Shown here one piece after another: positions 20,746 through 29,521 of a stretch of DNA of 64,000 nt. Under the pieces are notes generated by a model. That model did no database searches and was not told the DNA's origin. It was given only the letters and a program-made list of their open reading frames with translations. Source of the DNA: Spirochaetota bacterium. Its GTDB lineage: Bacteria > Spirochaetota > UBA4802 > UBA5550. Location: contig CAXXHB010000003.1 of the NCBI GenBank assembly GCA_963664815.2, positions 1,792,001-1,856,000 on the forward strand, in the 5' to 3' direction. Position 1 is the stretch's first letter. Each line of letters begins with the position of its first letter. The translations under genes were made by a program, and so were the position numbers.

Positions 20746-20928
20746 TATTTGCGTGCAAAATTAAAAAGCTTCATGTGCAGTTAAGTATAAAATAAAACAA
20801 AAACTTTGTCAATCCTTGATTTAATTTTCTAAAAATCCAATGCAAAACTGAAAATTCATAAAAAAATATTTACTTTTCAGAATGCTCTATATACAAATAA
20901 ACCATATTAAAAAAACGAGGATAAAATA

Positions 20929-21936
20929 ATGAAGCGGTTAACGATCATTACAGGAAATAATGCGTTCGTTAAATTTCTAGTTTTTATTGGCATGTTTTTT
21001 TGTCTTTTATTGTATGGATGTGACAATAGCTCAAGTGATAATACCTTAAGTTCTGGATATTATATTCACGGAGTTGCGGCAAAAGGAGCAGTTCTTCCAA
21101 AGGGAAGTCGGGTTGAATTAAGGTCAGCAGCAGTAGATGGTATACCTTCGGAAATTAAGAAAACTACAGTCAGTGATGACAATGGTAGTTATTCTATTGA
21201 TGTCACTGGTTTAACAAAGCCTTTTCTAATAAGAGTTCTTGATGAAAGTACAGGTACATGGTATTACAGTTATACAGAGAGTAGCCAATCAATTGCTAAT
21301 GTTAATCCCTTAACAGATGCTATAATTAAAAGTTTTTACATAAATTCATCTACAATATCAAACAGCATAGAATCTACATGGAGCACTGGCTATTATAATA
21401 ATACTGTCGATATGAATGGTAACCCCGTCCCTGCTAACACTCCAATTGTGATGCCAGACGTTAATAGTATTTTAAAAATTAAGAACATTTTGATTAATTG
21501 CGTTTCATTATGGTATGGAATAACTGTTACAGATGATTTATTTACTACCAATTGGGTAGTTGGAGAAGGTTATGATGCAATTCTTGATTCAATGGGCATA
21601 AATTCTACTTATGCCACAACAATTACCAACAATGCATCAACTTATCCAAATTATGTTTCTTCTTATTATGTGTATACAACAATTGAAAATTCTAAAATTT
21701 ATCTGAATTGCAAAATTTTAACAACTGGTTCAATTGTTAGAACTATGATCGCGAACAACGAAAGTTTGACATTAATTTCTACAGATAGTAATGGTGTTCA
21801 TACATTCACTGGTAAAATTGATATAACATCTTGGTTAAATGATTCCGGGTTGGCTGTATCGGATTATAATACTACATTTTTCGAAATTGATGGGGTTGCC
21901 ACAACTCCTTACGCATTTGTATTGTTACATAAGTAA
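20929..21936 (+). CDS. Prophage moron: putative surface lipoprotein, S/T/N-rich beta-sandwich-like
   Basis: LLLYGC lipobox followed by DNSSS; opposite strand to late genes; own terminator. Confidence 0.7.
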   Translation: MKRLTIITGNNAFVKFLVFIGMFFCLLLYGCDNSSSDNTLSSGYYIHGVAAKGAVLPKGSRVELRSAAVDGIPSEIKKTTVSDDNGSYSIDVTGLTKPFLIRVLDESTGTWYYSYTESSQSIANVNPLTDAIIKSFYINSSTISNSIESTWSTGYYNNTVDMNGNPVPANTPIVMPDVNSILKIKNILINCVSLWYGITVTDDLFTTNWVVGEGYDAILDSMGINSTYATTITNNASTYPNYVSSYYVYTTIENSKIYLNCKILTTGSIVRTMIANNESLTLISTDSNGVHTFTGKIDITSWLNDSGLAVSDYNTTFFEIDGVATTPYAFVLLHK

Positions 21937-21937
21937 T

Positions 21938-21980
21938 TTAGATTTAAAAGTCCTTCATAACGAAGGACTTTTAAATCTAA
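21938..21980. terminator. Bidirectional terminator-like hairpin
   Basis: Perfect 19-bp arms TTAGATTTAAAAGTCCTTC / GAAGGACTTTTAAATCTAA between convergent genes. Confidence 0.8.
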
Positions 21981-22030
21981 TGGGTTATAACCGCATACTA
22001 TAGCAAACTATAACTAACGAAAAGTATTGT

Positions 22031-22789
22031 TCAAGAGGCTTTCCTAATAATTAATTCAGAACCAGTAGTCTTTTCTGTACCGACTGAATAATTCAGTTTA
22101 ACAGGCTTAAGCTCGAAATCCTTAAATACTTCTCTCATTTTAGGATGATCATTAAGACTTAGAATGAACGAACCTTTTATAGTTTTCAATACTTCTCCTA
22201 ATTTCACAAAATCCTCATATTCAAAATTGTGTTTATAGCATGGAGCTTCAAAATAAGGAGGATCAAGATAAAAAAACGTTTCAACACGATCATATCTTTT
22301 AATGAAATCCTCCCAAGAGAGATTTTCAATCATTACATCAATCAACCGTAAATGTACTTCTGAAAGTTCTTCTTCAAGGCGTAATAAATTTATCCTTCGT
22401 GGTCGATCAGGACTTACTCCAAAATTTCTTGATGAAACTTTTCCGCCGAAACATAGCCGTTGAAGATAATAATATCTGGCAGCTCGTTGTATATCTGTTA
22501 ATCCGGGGCCTTCCAATTGTTTTTTCCAATCGTTAAATTGTTCGCGAGATTGCAATAACCATTTGAATTGCCTTAAAAACTCTTCTAAATGATTCTGAAG
22601 TACGCGATAAAATGATATCAGGTCACTGTCTAAATCATTGATTATCTCACTTTTTGATGGATCTTTTCTAAAAAACACCCATCCGGCCCCTGCAAAAACT
22701 TCACAATAAATCTTGTGGTCAGGAATCATCCCAATAATCTGTTTTGAAAGGATACTCTTGCCACCTACATAAACAAGCGGACTTTTCAT
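22031..22789 (-). CDS. D12-class N6-adenine DNA methyltransferase (Dam-like), in the Mu mom position
   Basis: YVGGKS, EVFAGAG, INDLD, FYLDPPY. Confidence 0.92.
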   Translation of the reverse strand: MKSPLVYVGGKSILSKQIIGMIPDHKIYCEVFAGAGWVFFRKDPSKSEIINDLDSDLISFYRVLQNHLEEFLRQFKWLLQSREQFNDWKKQLEGPGLTDIQRAARYYYLQRLCFGGKVSSRNFGVSPDRPRRINLLRLEEELSEVHLRLIDVMIENLSWEDFIKRYDRVETFFYLDPPYFEAPCYKHNFEYEDFVKLGEVLKTIKGSFILSLNDHPKMREVFKDFELKPVKLNYSVGTEKTTGSELIIRKAS

Positions 22790-22796
22790 ATATTTT

Positions 22797-22909
22797 TACT
22801 CTCCTCTTTAAGTGTAATGTGCCGATTAATACGGAGAGTAGCAGCTTGCTGTGATCCGTGCGTCTACACGGGTCGCCGGGGATCTTCGAAATCCCCGGCT
22901 GCTCACTCT
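22797..22909 (-). promoter_or_regulatory. Structured leader of the methyltransferase: three-way junction plus anti-SD
   Basis: Stems AGAGTAGCAG/CTGCTCACTCT, GATCCGTG/CACGGGTC, CCGGGGAT/ATCCCCGG; GGAGAGTA (22833-40) complementary to TACTCTCC (22797-804, RBS). Confidence 0.6.
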
Positions 22910-22918
22910 ATTATTTTG

Positions 22919-23209
22919 TTACATCACTTGCTGATGTGCTTCCTTTGACATCTGTTCTTTTATTAAATAATGTCTATCCTTGCTGAATTTAAAAATCATA
23001 TTCTCTGTCGGTATTTCAACTCTCGATTCATCAAATAGAATGAACCAACGCCCAGAGTTTTGAGTTCTTGGTGTAAACATTGGCAAATTTGAACCAGGAA
23101 CTGTGCTCATAAATCCTGATGATTCATCGATCATTCCGTCACCTTTAACTTGTTTAAGTTTTCTCCAAAAAATACCATTCGTTTTCTTGTAGTAGACTGT
23201 ATATGTCAT
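22919..23209 (-). CDS. Phage hypothetical protein
   Basis: GGAGG RBS before ATG 23209; in late operon. Confidence 0.65.
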   Translation of the reverse strand: MTYTVYYKKTNGIFWRKLKQVKGDGMIDESSGFMSTVPGSNLPMFTPRTQNSGRWFILFDESRVEIPTENMIFKFSKDRHYLIKEQMSKEAHQQVM

Positions 23210-23210
23210 T

Positions 23211-23501
23211 TTACACCTCCGATGTATTTGCAAATTCTGGACGCTGCATTATTTGCTGATAGCAGATTGCAAGTATATTAACATCTGTTTTAAGTGCAGG
23301 TTCAAATATTGTATCATAGTCACTTATTTTATTCATTGAATCATTCTTTACAGTAAATCTGATATCTCGTGCAAGTATCTCTGATTTATCTGAATCTTTA
23401 TAAACGGTTAAATAATAATCGACTGTTTTTGTATCCTTCATAACATCTACCCTCTCAATACGGGTGTAGGAATCAGCAGTAATATATCCCTTAATTGCCA
23501 T
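23211..23501 (-). CDS. Phage hypothetical protein, possible tail fibre assembly factor
   Basis: AGGAG RBS; immediately downstream of fibre gene. Confidence 0.65.
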   Translation of the reverse strand: MAIKGYITADSYTRIERVDVMKDTKTVDYYLTVYKDSDKSEILARDIRFTVKNDSMNKISDYDTIFEPALKTDVNILAICYQQIMQRPEFANTSEV

Positions 23502-23513
23502 AGATTATCTCCT

Positions 23514-24950
23514 TTATTTAATTCTCATTATATATGCAGCTGTTAGGTATTTTGGAAGAATAGAAAAAGCATTTCCAGTTCCTGATGTGATGGTAGTTCC
23601 ACTAAAACTATGTGTATGTCTGGCAGACGCACCGCCAGTAGAATACATATCTGAATATCCCTGAGTTCGGTATGGATAGCCGCTGCCCGCAGTTCCATCT
23701 GTCTCATTTGTTCCAAAACTATGTGCATGGTCTGGGCTATCTGCACCAGTAGTTCCACTAAAACTGTGTGTGTGAGCTGGTAATTCTGCAATTGTCAAAG
23801 TAACAGTATTACTTCCGCCTATAACACCGATGCCAGCGAGAGGACTTCCCATTATAAATCTTGAATCTGTTAAATTGGGAAGATATCTGCCTGAGCCATT
23901 GAAAAGTGGACTTTCAATATCATAACACAATGAGCCATTACACACTTTCCAATTATTTGGAATGGATAATGATATTGCAGTAAAACCTGCATTTGATCCA
24001 TTGGTGAAATATCCTGGTATGTAAGCAGCTATTGTGGCAATGGGAGTAATATCTGAGGAACAGTAACCATTCAGTTTTTTAGCATCATCAGATATTGTAT
24101 CCTCTACCGCATACTTCCCTCTGTTACCATAAACTTTATAAATTGAAACAACAGAAGAAGCTGATGGAATTTCAATGCTTACTGTTAGTTCTGTAGGATT
24201 ACTATTCAATAATGCAGATAATTCGATAGTTTCTACTGCACCAGTTCCAGTGAGTGTTTTTGAAGTAACATTTACTCCATCAGTCAATTTCAGAATAACT
24301 CCTGCAGGGCCTTTTACCAGAAATTTTAAAGTAAAATCAGATCCAGAAAGATATTTAGCCCAGTTAAAAAATCCGCTCAGTGTCTGTTTGAAAATACGGT
24401 TTGATGTACCATCTGAACTGCTTTGTATTTTGCAGCACAAATTGGTTGTATCATATCCGATTTTGCCGTCCGAGCCTCCATCTGTATATGCCCATTCATC
24501 AGGTATACCATAATCATACCAATTAGTAATTCCTGTTTTACTGCTGTAATATTTGAATTCACCATTTGAAACTAGATTCCTTTGTGATGCAGCATATATC
24601 CTGTTAAGTAAATTAGTTGATAGCGCAGCATCATCTCCCAAGGCGGTTGCTATTTCATTTAATGTATTTAATGCTGATGGAGCTCCTCCTATCAATGCAG
24701 ATATAACATTATCGATATATGTTTTAGCTGCTTTTTGACTGGCAATCTTCAAATCTGAATTTGATGATAAAGCTCCATCAGTATCAATAGAGGCGCCACC
24801 AAGTTTATCTATTTCAGTTTTAAGATAATTATCATTACTGTAAAGTCTGACAAACTCGCTATTAAAAGTTGATCCCCTGGCCAAGGTACCTGTTGAGGTA
24901 TCTCTGCCATCCTTATATTCTGTAATTTGATTCCCGTTAAATTCTCCCAT
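23514..24950 (-). CDS. Tail fibre protein with collar domain and HxH needle repeats
   Basis: LIGGAPSALNTLNEIATALG; IPNNWKVCNGS..YLPNLTDSRFIMG collar; HTH/HAH/HTH motifs. Confidence 0.85.
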   Translation of the reverse strand: MGEFNGNQITEYKDGRDTSTGTLARGSTFNSEFVRLYSNDNYLKTEIDKLGGASIDTDGALSSNSDLKIASQKAAKTYIDNVISALIGGAPSALNTLNEIATALGDDAALSTNLLNRIYAASQRNLVSNGEFKYYSSKTGITNWYDYGIPDEWAYTDGGSDGKIGYDTTNLCCKIQSSSDGTSNRIFKQTLSGFFNWAKYLSGSDFTLKFLVKGPAGVILKLTDGVNVTSKTLTGTGAVETIELSALLNSNPTELTVSIEIPSASSVVSIYKVYGNRGKYAVEDTISDDAKKLNGYCSSDITPIATIAAYIPGYFTNGSNAGFTAISLSIPNNWKVCNGSLCYDIESPLFNGSGRYLPNLTDSRFIMGSPLAGIGVIGGSNTVTLTIAELPAHTHSFSGTTGADSPDHAHSFGTNETDGTAGSGYPYRTQGYSDMYSTGGASARHTHSFSGTTITSGTGNAFSILPKYLTAAYIMRIK

Positions 24951-24956
24951 ATATTT

Positions 24957-25583
24957 TTATTCCTCCGTTCTGATCCTGAATTTTATTCCTCCTCCTTTGC
25001 AGGAGTTTATGATCTCTGAAATGAAAGTTAAAGTTGTGTTTGAAAGTGTATTTGAAAATACTACTTCAAAAAAACGCGGCTGGCATATATCTCCGGCAAG
25101 ATAAAAACTGCCATTCAGATATTCCTCACCGTTTAAATAAACTGAATCCGGATTGTTGATATCACCGGAAATGTATCCTGATCCATCAAGATATACACTC
25201 CCATCCAGCCAAAATGCATCTTCAAGTTCTGGCTCATTCATGTCTCGAGTATATTGGAATTCATCCTCAGCGAGTAGCCGGCATATCTCATTCAGATCAG
25301 GTATTGATCCGCTGCATTGATATTTACGTATTGCGACAAACAGATACAGTATATATTTGTCATCACCCCATCCCTGACGTTTCTGTCTGAGTATCTTGCC
25401 GATCATATCAAGAACAGCACCTGAGTTGCTTTTTATATCACTCATAAGTTTGAGCTTTGCAAAAACTTCATCAAGTTCATCCATGAAATATGAAAACAGT
25501 TTCCAGAATTTATAGTTATTTGAACTTGAACCAATTGCGAATATCGAATCTGGTAATTTTTCTATGAGGTCAATATTACTCAT
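24957..25583 (-). CDS. Baseplate wedge protein (DUF2612 / gpI-like)
   Basis: GAVLDMIGKILRQKR; LDGS repeats; follows baseplate J; ATG 25583 preferred. Confidence 0.7.
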   Translation of the reverse strand: MSNIDLIEKLPDSIFAIGSSSNNYKFWKLFSYFMDELDEVFAKLKLMSDIKSNSGAVLDMIGKILRQKRQGWGDDKYILYLFVAIRKYQCSGSIPDLNEICRLLAEDEFQYTRDMNEPELEDAFWLDGSVYLDGSGYISGDINNPDSVYLNGEEYLNGSFYLAGDICQPRFFEVVFSNTLSNTTLTFISEIINSCKGGGIKFRIRTEE

Positions 25584-26733
25584 ATACAATAACCACCTTG
25601 TCAGATGTAGTTTTAAGTATCTGCCTGACACCTGGTGCAATTTTATCTGAGGAAGCTGTTGAAGCAGAAAGCCCTAAATATGCCTTAACGTTTTCAAGTC
25701 CTTCTATATCTTGAAGTAAACTGCAGAGTTTCCATCCGTAAGCTGTACCGGCAATTATAAGATTATTGATATATTTAACCGCATCAGATTTGATATTGCT
25801 TTCATAGGTATTGTCAAATTTAGAATTTACTGAAAGCACATACTTGATATAAACCTGGGCTTCTTCCGGGCGTGAAAACTTTATAGTATGATTTTTGCCC
25901 TGGGAATCAGCTACTGTTTTTGAAACATTTCCATATGTATTAATCCCTGCAGATTTCTGTGTCATTATTGTTTCTGCAATTGTATCTTCATCTCCTCCGG
26001 ATACTATTAACTCTATAGCACCTGCAGGGAGCCCGTTTGCATCGGTATAATTTTCAACATTTTCATAACCAATGGCTTCAGAGACTTCAGATATATTAAG
26101 TATTTCAGCCCGGATAGCTTCGAGCGCAGATCCCGAAGCAAGTTGTGTGGAGTCATATCTGTCTTTAAGTTCATAGTCAGTTTCTACAACCCGGCCGCCT
26201 GTGAATGCCGATGGATTTGTTACAGAACTTATTCCTGATACTGGTGTTTTAATTTTTATAATGCTGCCGGCAGGAACATTTCCGGATGTTCCTTCTACAG
26301 TACATACTGCAGCAATAGTTACATTTCCCTCACTGTCTGTAGTCCCGATAACTGTAGTCTGAAAGATAATACCTTGTTCTGTCTCGGCCTGGGTTCCTAT
26401 GGAGACCGGTGAATATGGATCTCCTGTAAATTTTAGATATCCACCAGCTGCCTGTTCATCTTTTCTTGTGACCAAGCCAAGCTTTGTCAGTCTGTTTAAT
26501 GGAACGCCCTCTGCAACATCGATGTCAAATGAATAATAAACATCCTCAGCAAGCTGCCACTGATTACTCAATGCCCAGGCCATGAGTTTTACCTCTGCAC
26601 CTATAGGACTTTCATCTGAAAGATCAATCGACTCTCCAAAATATTCTGCAGACTGTGCCTTTGCCTGCACTTCAGACAGAAGTGTATCATATGTTTTGCG
26701 GACAAATCCCGCTGCTGTTACTCCATAGCTCAT
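25576..26733 (-). CDS. Baseplate J/gp47 family protein
   Basis: AEGVPLNRL, GNVPAGSI, VTNPSAFTGGRVVETDYELKDR. Confidence 0.9.
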   Translation of the reverse strand: MSYGVTAAGFVRKTYDTLLSEVQAKAQSAEYFGESIDLSDESPIGAEVKLMAWALSNQWQLAEDVYYSFDIDVAEGVPLNRLTKLGLVTRKDEQAAGGYLKFTGDPYSPVSIGTQAETEQGIIFQTTVIGTTDSEGNVTIAAVCTVEGTSGNVPAGSIIKIKTPVSGISSVTNPSAFTGGRVVETDYELKDRYDSTQLASGSALEAIRAEILNISEVSEAIGYENVENYTDANGLPAGAIELIVSGGDEDTIAETIMTQKSAGINTYGNVSKTVADSQGKNHTIKFSRPEEAQVYIKYVLSVNSKFDNTYESNIKSDAVKYINNLIIAGTAYGWKLCSLLQDIEGLENVKAYLGLSASTASSDKIAPGVRQILKTTSDKVVIVYE

Positions 26734-27077
26734 ACCGTTCCAGATACCTCCCCATAAATTGAATCAACCTTAAAATCAACTGTCATGGTTCTTTCCGATC
26801 GATCTGCAGTTATTTTTATACTCTCAACTGCTTTCACTTCTGAATCACTCTGAAGAATGTTCAAAATTCTGGAATATATTGCTCTTTTCGAAACTGACTT
26901 ATATTGTAATATCTCCATCCATTCTATACCTTTGTCAGTATCAAGAAACCATGAACCTTTATCCAGACGAATCGCATTCTGAAGCCTCTGTGCAAGACAA
27001 TTCCCATCAGACACCATTACAGCACTGCCCGAGGTTATTATCCTGTCACCATTTGCATCGAGTTTAAAAGTCATCAT
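26730..27077 (-). CDS. Baseplate gp25/W-like (sheath initiator) protein
   Basis: KGSWFLDTDKGIEW; position before J. Confidence 0.75.
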   Translation of the reverse strand: MMTFKLDANGDRIITSGSAVMVSDGNCLAQRLQNAIRLDKGSWFLDTDKGIEWMEILQYKSVSKRAIYSRILNILQSDSEVKAVESIKITADRSERTMTVDFKVDSIYGEVSGTV

Positions 27078-27778
27078 GATATTTTGACCTTCTCAGCTTT
27101 GATGGATGAGAGCTGTGTCTGGAGATTTGCAGCAGCAGTTTTAATTGCTGTCAGAGCTGTAGCATTTTCATCAACTGCACCAGGTATGATAGATGATAAT
27201 GCTGCGCAAAAGGTGTTTAGTATAGTCACAAGAGTATTTCCGAGCACTGCAGGCTCAGTTGCATTTAATATTTCAAACATACCATCCCAGGATATCTTTG
27301 TCCCTTTACCAATTATATCAGCTTCAGTGATCTGGAGAGTTAAACCACTATCTTTGTGACCTATAAGTAGCCCTGCATCATTGAATGAATCAGGTGCAGT
27401 CCAGTTTTCTGATGCAATACCATGTGATACACTTGCGTTTTCCCGTGAAAAAATACTGCTCGATGTATTGTCATAACCTTTACTTAATGCATTTTCTATA
27501 CTGAAAGTTGAATATGAAATCCACACCAAATCACCTTTAACATAATTTGGTCTGATGTAAAATCCTCCGGAAAAAAGAAATTGAACCGGGATATCTCCTA
27601 CAACTGCAAATTTTGTGGATGTAGATGCACCAGTAACAGTATATTCAAGTAGAGGTTGTATATCGGCTCTCATCTTTACTTTATCAAATGATTCAATCTT
27701 ACCGATGCATCCGACAATTATATCACGGCTTCTTTTATCCCAAAAACGGTTAAAGAGGTCTATTATTCTCCTGCTCAT
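27074..27778 (-). CDS. Baseplate central spike (Gp138/gpV-like)
   Basis: GKIESFD..RADIQP, DIPVQF..GGF..P..KGDLV OB-fold pattern. Confidence 0.75.
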   Translation of the reverse strand: MSRRIIDLFNRFWDKRSRDIIVGCIGKIESFDKVKMRADIQPLLEYTVTGASTSTKFAVVGDIPVQFLFSGGFYIRPNYVKGDLVWISYSTFSIENALSKGYDNTSSSIFSRENASVSHGIASENWTAPDSFNDAGLLIGHKDSGLTLQITEADIIGKGTKISWDGMFEILNATEPAVLGNTLVTILNTFCAALSSIIPGAVDENATALTAIKTAAANLQTQLSSIKAEKVKIS

Positions 27779-28569
27779 ATTTTAACCGCCTCAAACTCTG
27801 TACCTGCTTGATTTTTTGATGAAAATTTATGCTTTCCTGAAACTGCCTTGAAAAGCCCCTGAACTTCGTCTCCGTCAACTTCCACAAGACTCCCGGCTCC
27901 AATCTTATACATGAACAATGTTTGAATGCTGTAACCTTTGTCTGTTTTCCTGGCTGATAAAAGACCAGTTCCGGGAGATAAATAAAACGCAGATACAGTG
28001 GAAGAGGATTTTTCTTTAAGAAAATATGCCTGACCATTTTTGAAAAAGAAATCAGACTTAGTGTCATGTTCAAGCTTCTTCATTGCTGTCCGCAGCGGGA
28101 CTCCGGAAAATGAAATACCCCTGCTGTATATTTTTTCTACTTCGAGATCAATTTTAGCTGCTGTTATCCCTACCAGACTTAAACACTGTTTAATTACATC
28201 CCGGGAAGATACTGAACCTTTCCATGACTTATTGATCATAGCTGATGTCCATAAAGATGTTTTATCGGAGATTGTCAGTGAAAGGGTTTTATCAATTCCT
28301 TTGGCAACTTCAAATTTAATTACCTCTCCGGTTACACATGTACCAAAATCCGATTCATAACCTGCATCAATGACTATAGGTGGATAAACGCCTTTTTTCT
28401 TTTCGCAGGCTGCAATAGTTTCGCCTGATGGATTGTATATCACAGCTTTTGTCTGGTTTGAAGATTTTACTGAAAAATCCGTTTCAAATTCCAGTGTAAA
28501 GGGAGGCCCAGTGAGCACCCTCCCGTTAATATCAAATTCGCAATATCTTTTATATAAAGCGTCAGTCAT
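27775..28569 (-). CDS. Baseplate hub protein
   Basis: AVIYNPS, IDAGY, LSPGTGLL; position between distal tail and spike. Confidence 0.7.
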   Translation of the reverse strand: MTDALYKRYCEFDINGRVLTGPPFTLEFETDFSVKSSNQTKAVIYNPSGETIAACEKKKGVYPPIVIDAGYESDFGTCVTGEVIKFEVAKGIDKTLSLTISDKTSLWTSAMINKSWKGSVSSRDVIKQCLSLVGITAAKIDLEVEKIYSRGISFSGVPLRTAMKKLEHDTKSDFFFKNGQAYFLKEKSSSTVSAFYLSPGTGLLSARKTDKGYSIQTLFMYKIGAGSLVEVDGDEVQGLFKAVSGKHKFSSKNQAGTEFEAVKI

Positions 28570-28895
28570 ATTATACAGATCCTCATTGTATCGAAGTTTT
28601 CAATACTGATCCTCTCAATTGCCGGGATCTCACGCAATGCATCGGAAAGGTTTAATGTTATTATCTTCTTCCTGAGGCTTAAACCAGGGACTACTTCCTG
28701 CAGGGAATTACCAAGATATGCGAGTTTTGAAGAATAAAGAGGAGTTTCATTTTCGTCGAGAATTACAAAGGTATAAAAATCACCAATGCTGTTATAATCG
28801 AAGTTAAATATATAGTTCTCCCCATCAATTTCAAACACCTTCTGAACCGGGAGTTCATCATGTTTTAGCTGGATATATTCAAGATCAATTTGCAT
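28566..28895 (-). CDS. Baseplate small protein
   Basis: FEIDGENYIFNFDYN; synteny. Confidence 0.6.
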   Translation of the reverse strand: MQIDLEYIQLKHDELPVQKVFEIDGENYIFNFDYNSIGDFYTFVILDENETPLYSSKLAYLGNSLQEVVPGLSLRKKIITLNLSDALREIPAIERISIENFDTMRICII

Positions 28896-28897
28896 AA

Positions 28898-29521
28898 TTA
28901 AAATCCAATATTTTCGATTCTATATAAAGTTGATGACTCTTTAACTTCAACTTTTTCAGTTTTTGTTGAAGCCTGGCCTTTTTTTGTCCGGCTTTTTGCT
29001 GCTGTAGGAAGTTTTGCGTTTTTCATCATTGCTTCAGCAATGACTATTTGACGGAGTCCTATACTTACATCAACTCCGCTTCCCGTATCACTTCCCCTGG
29101 TGACATCAACCTTGGTTATTACCATGCTTTTAGCCATGATATCGTAACCGACAGTGATTATTCCTGAAAATACAGGGCCACTGTATGTCACAATCTCACC
29201 GTCATCCCGCCAGTTTTTAAGTCGTTTGATTTTATCCTTAACAGTCATGGTATCTACGGTTAATCCCGAAACAGATTTAGCCGCATTTGCAGCCGTCGCC
29301 ATGAGGTCATTCGCATCGGATAAAAATGTTTTCACTTCCACAGATTCGGGATCTTTGCTTATATGATCGCTGATGATAGTACCATCTTCAACTGCATTGT
29401 CAGTGATCTTAATTGATCCGGATTCAGATTCCGAGGTTACTGGCCCGAGAATCACCGTTTTACCTGATTCTTCTGAAAAGATGCATGGTTTCTCGTTTTT
29501 AAAAAAATCTGCGAGTGACAT
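28898..29521 (-). CDS. Tail tube initiator / distal tail-like protein
   Basis: ITDNAVEDGTIISDHI motif; directly after tape measure. Confidence 0.7.
   Translation of the reverse strand: MSLADFFKNEKPCIFSEESGKTVILGPVTSESESGSIKITDNAVEDGTIISDHISKDPESVEVKTFLSDANDLMATAANAAKSVSGLTVDTMTVKDKIKRLKNWRDDGEIVTYSGPVFSGIITVGYDIMAKSMVITKVDVTRGSDTGSGVDVSIGLRQIVIAEAMMKNAKLPTAAKSRTKKGQASTKTEKVEVKESSTLYRIENIGF

Noticed and set aside
22919-24950. Diversity-generating retroelement or Gin-type invertible tail-fibre segment
   Set aside because: No reverse transcriptase or invertase, no TR/VR pair or flanking inverted sites seen; the short internal repeat simply encodes HTHSFSGTT twice
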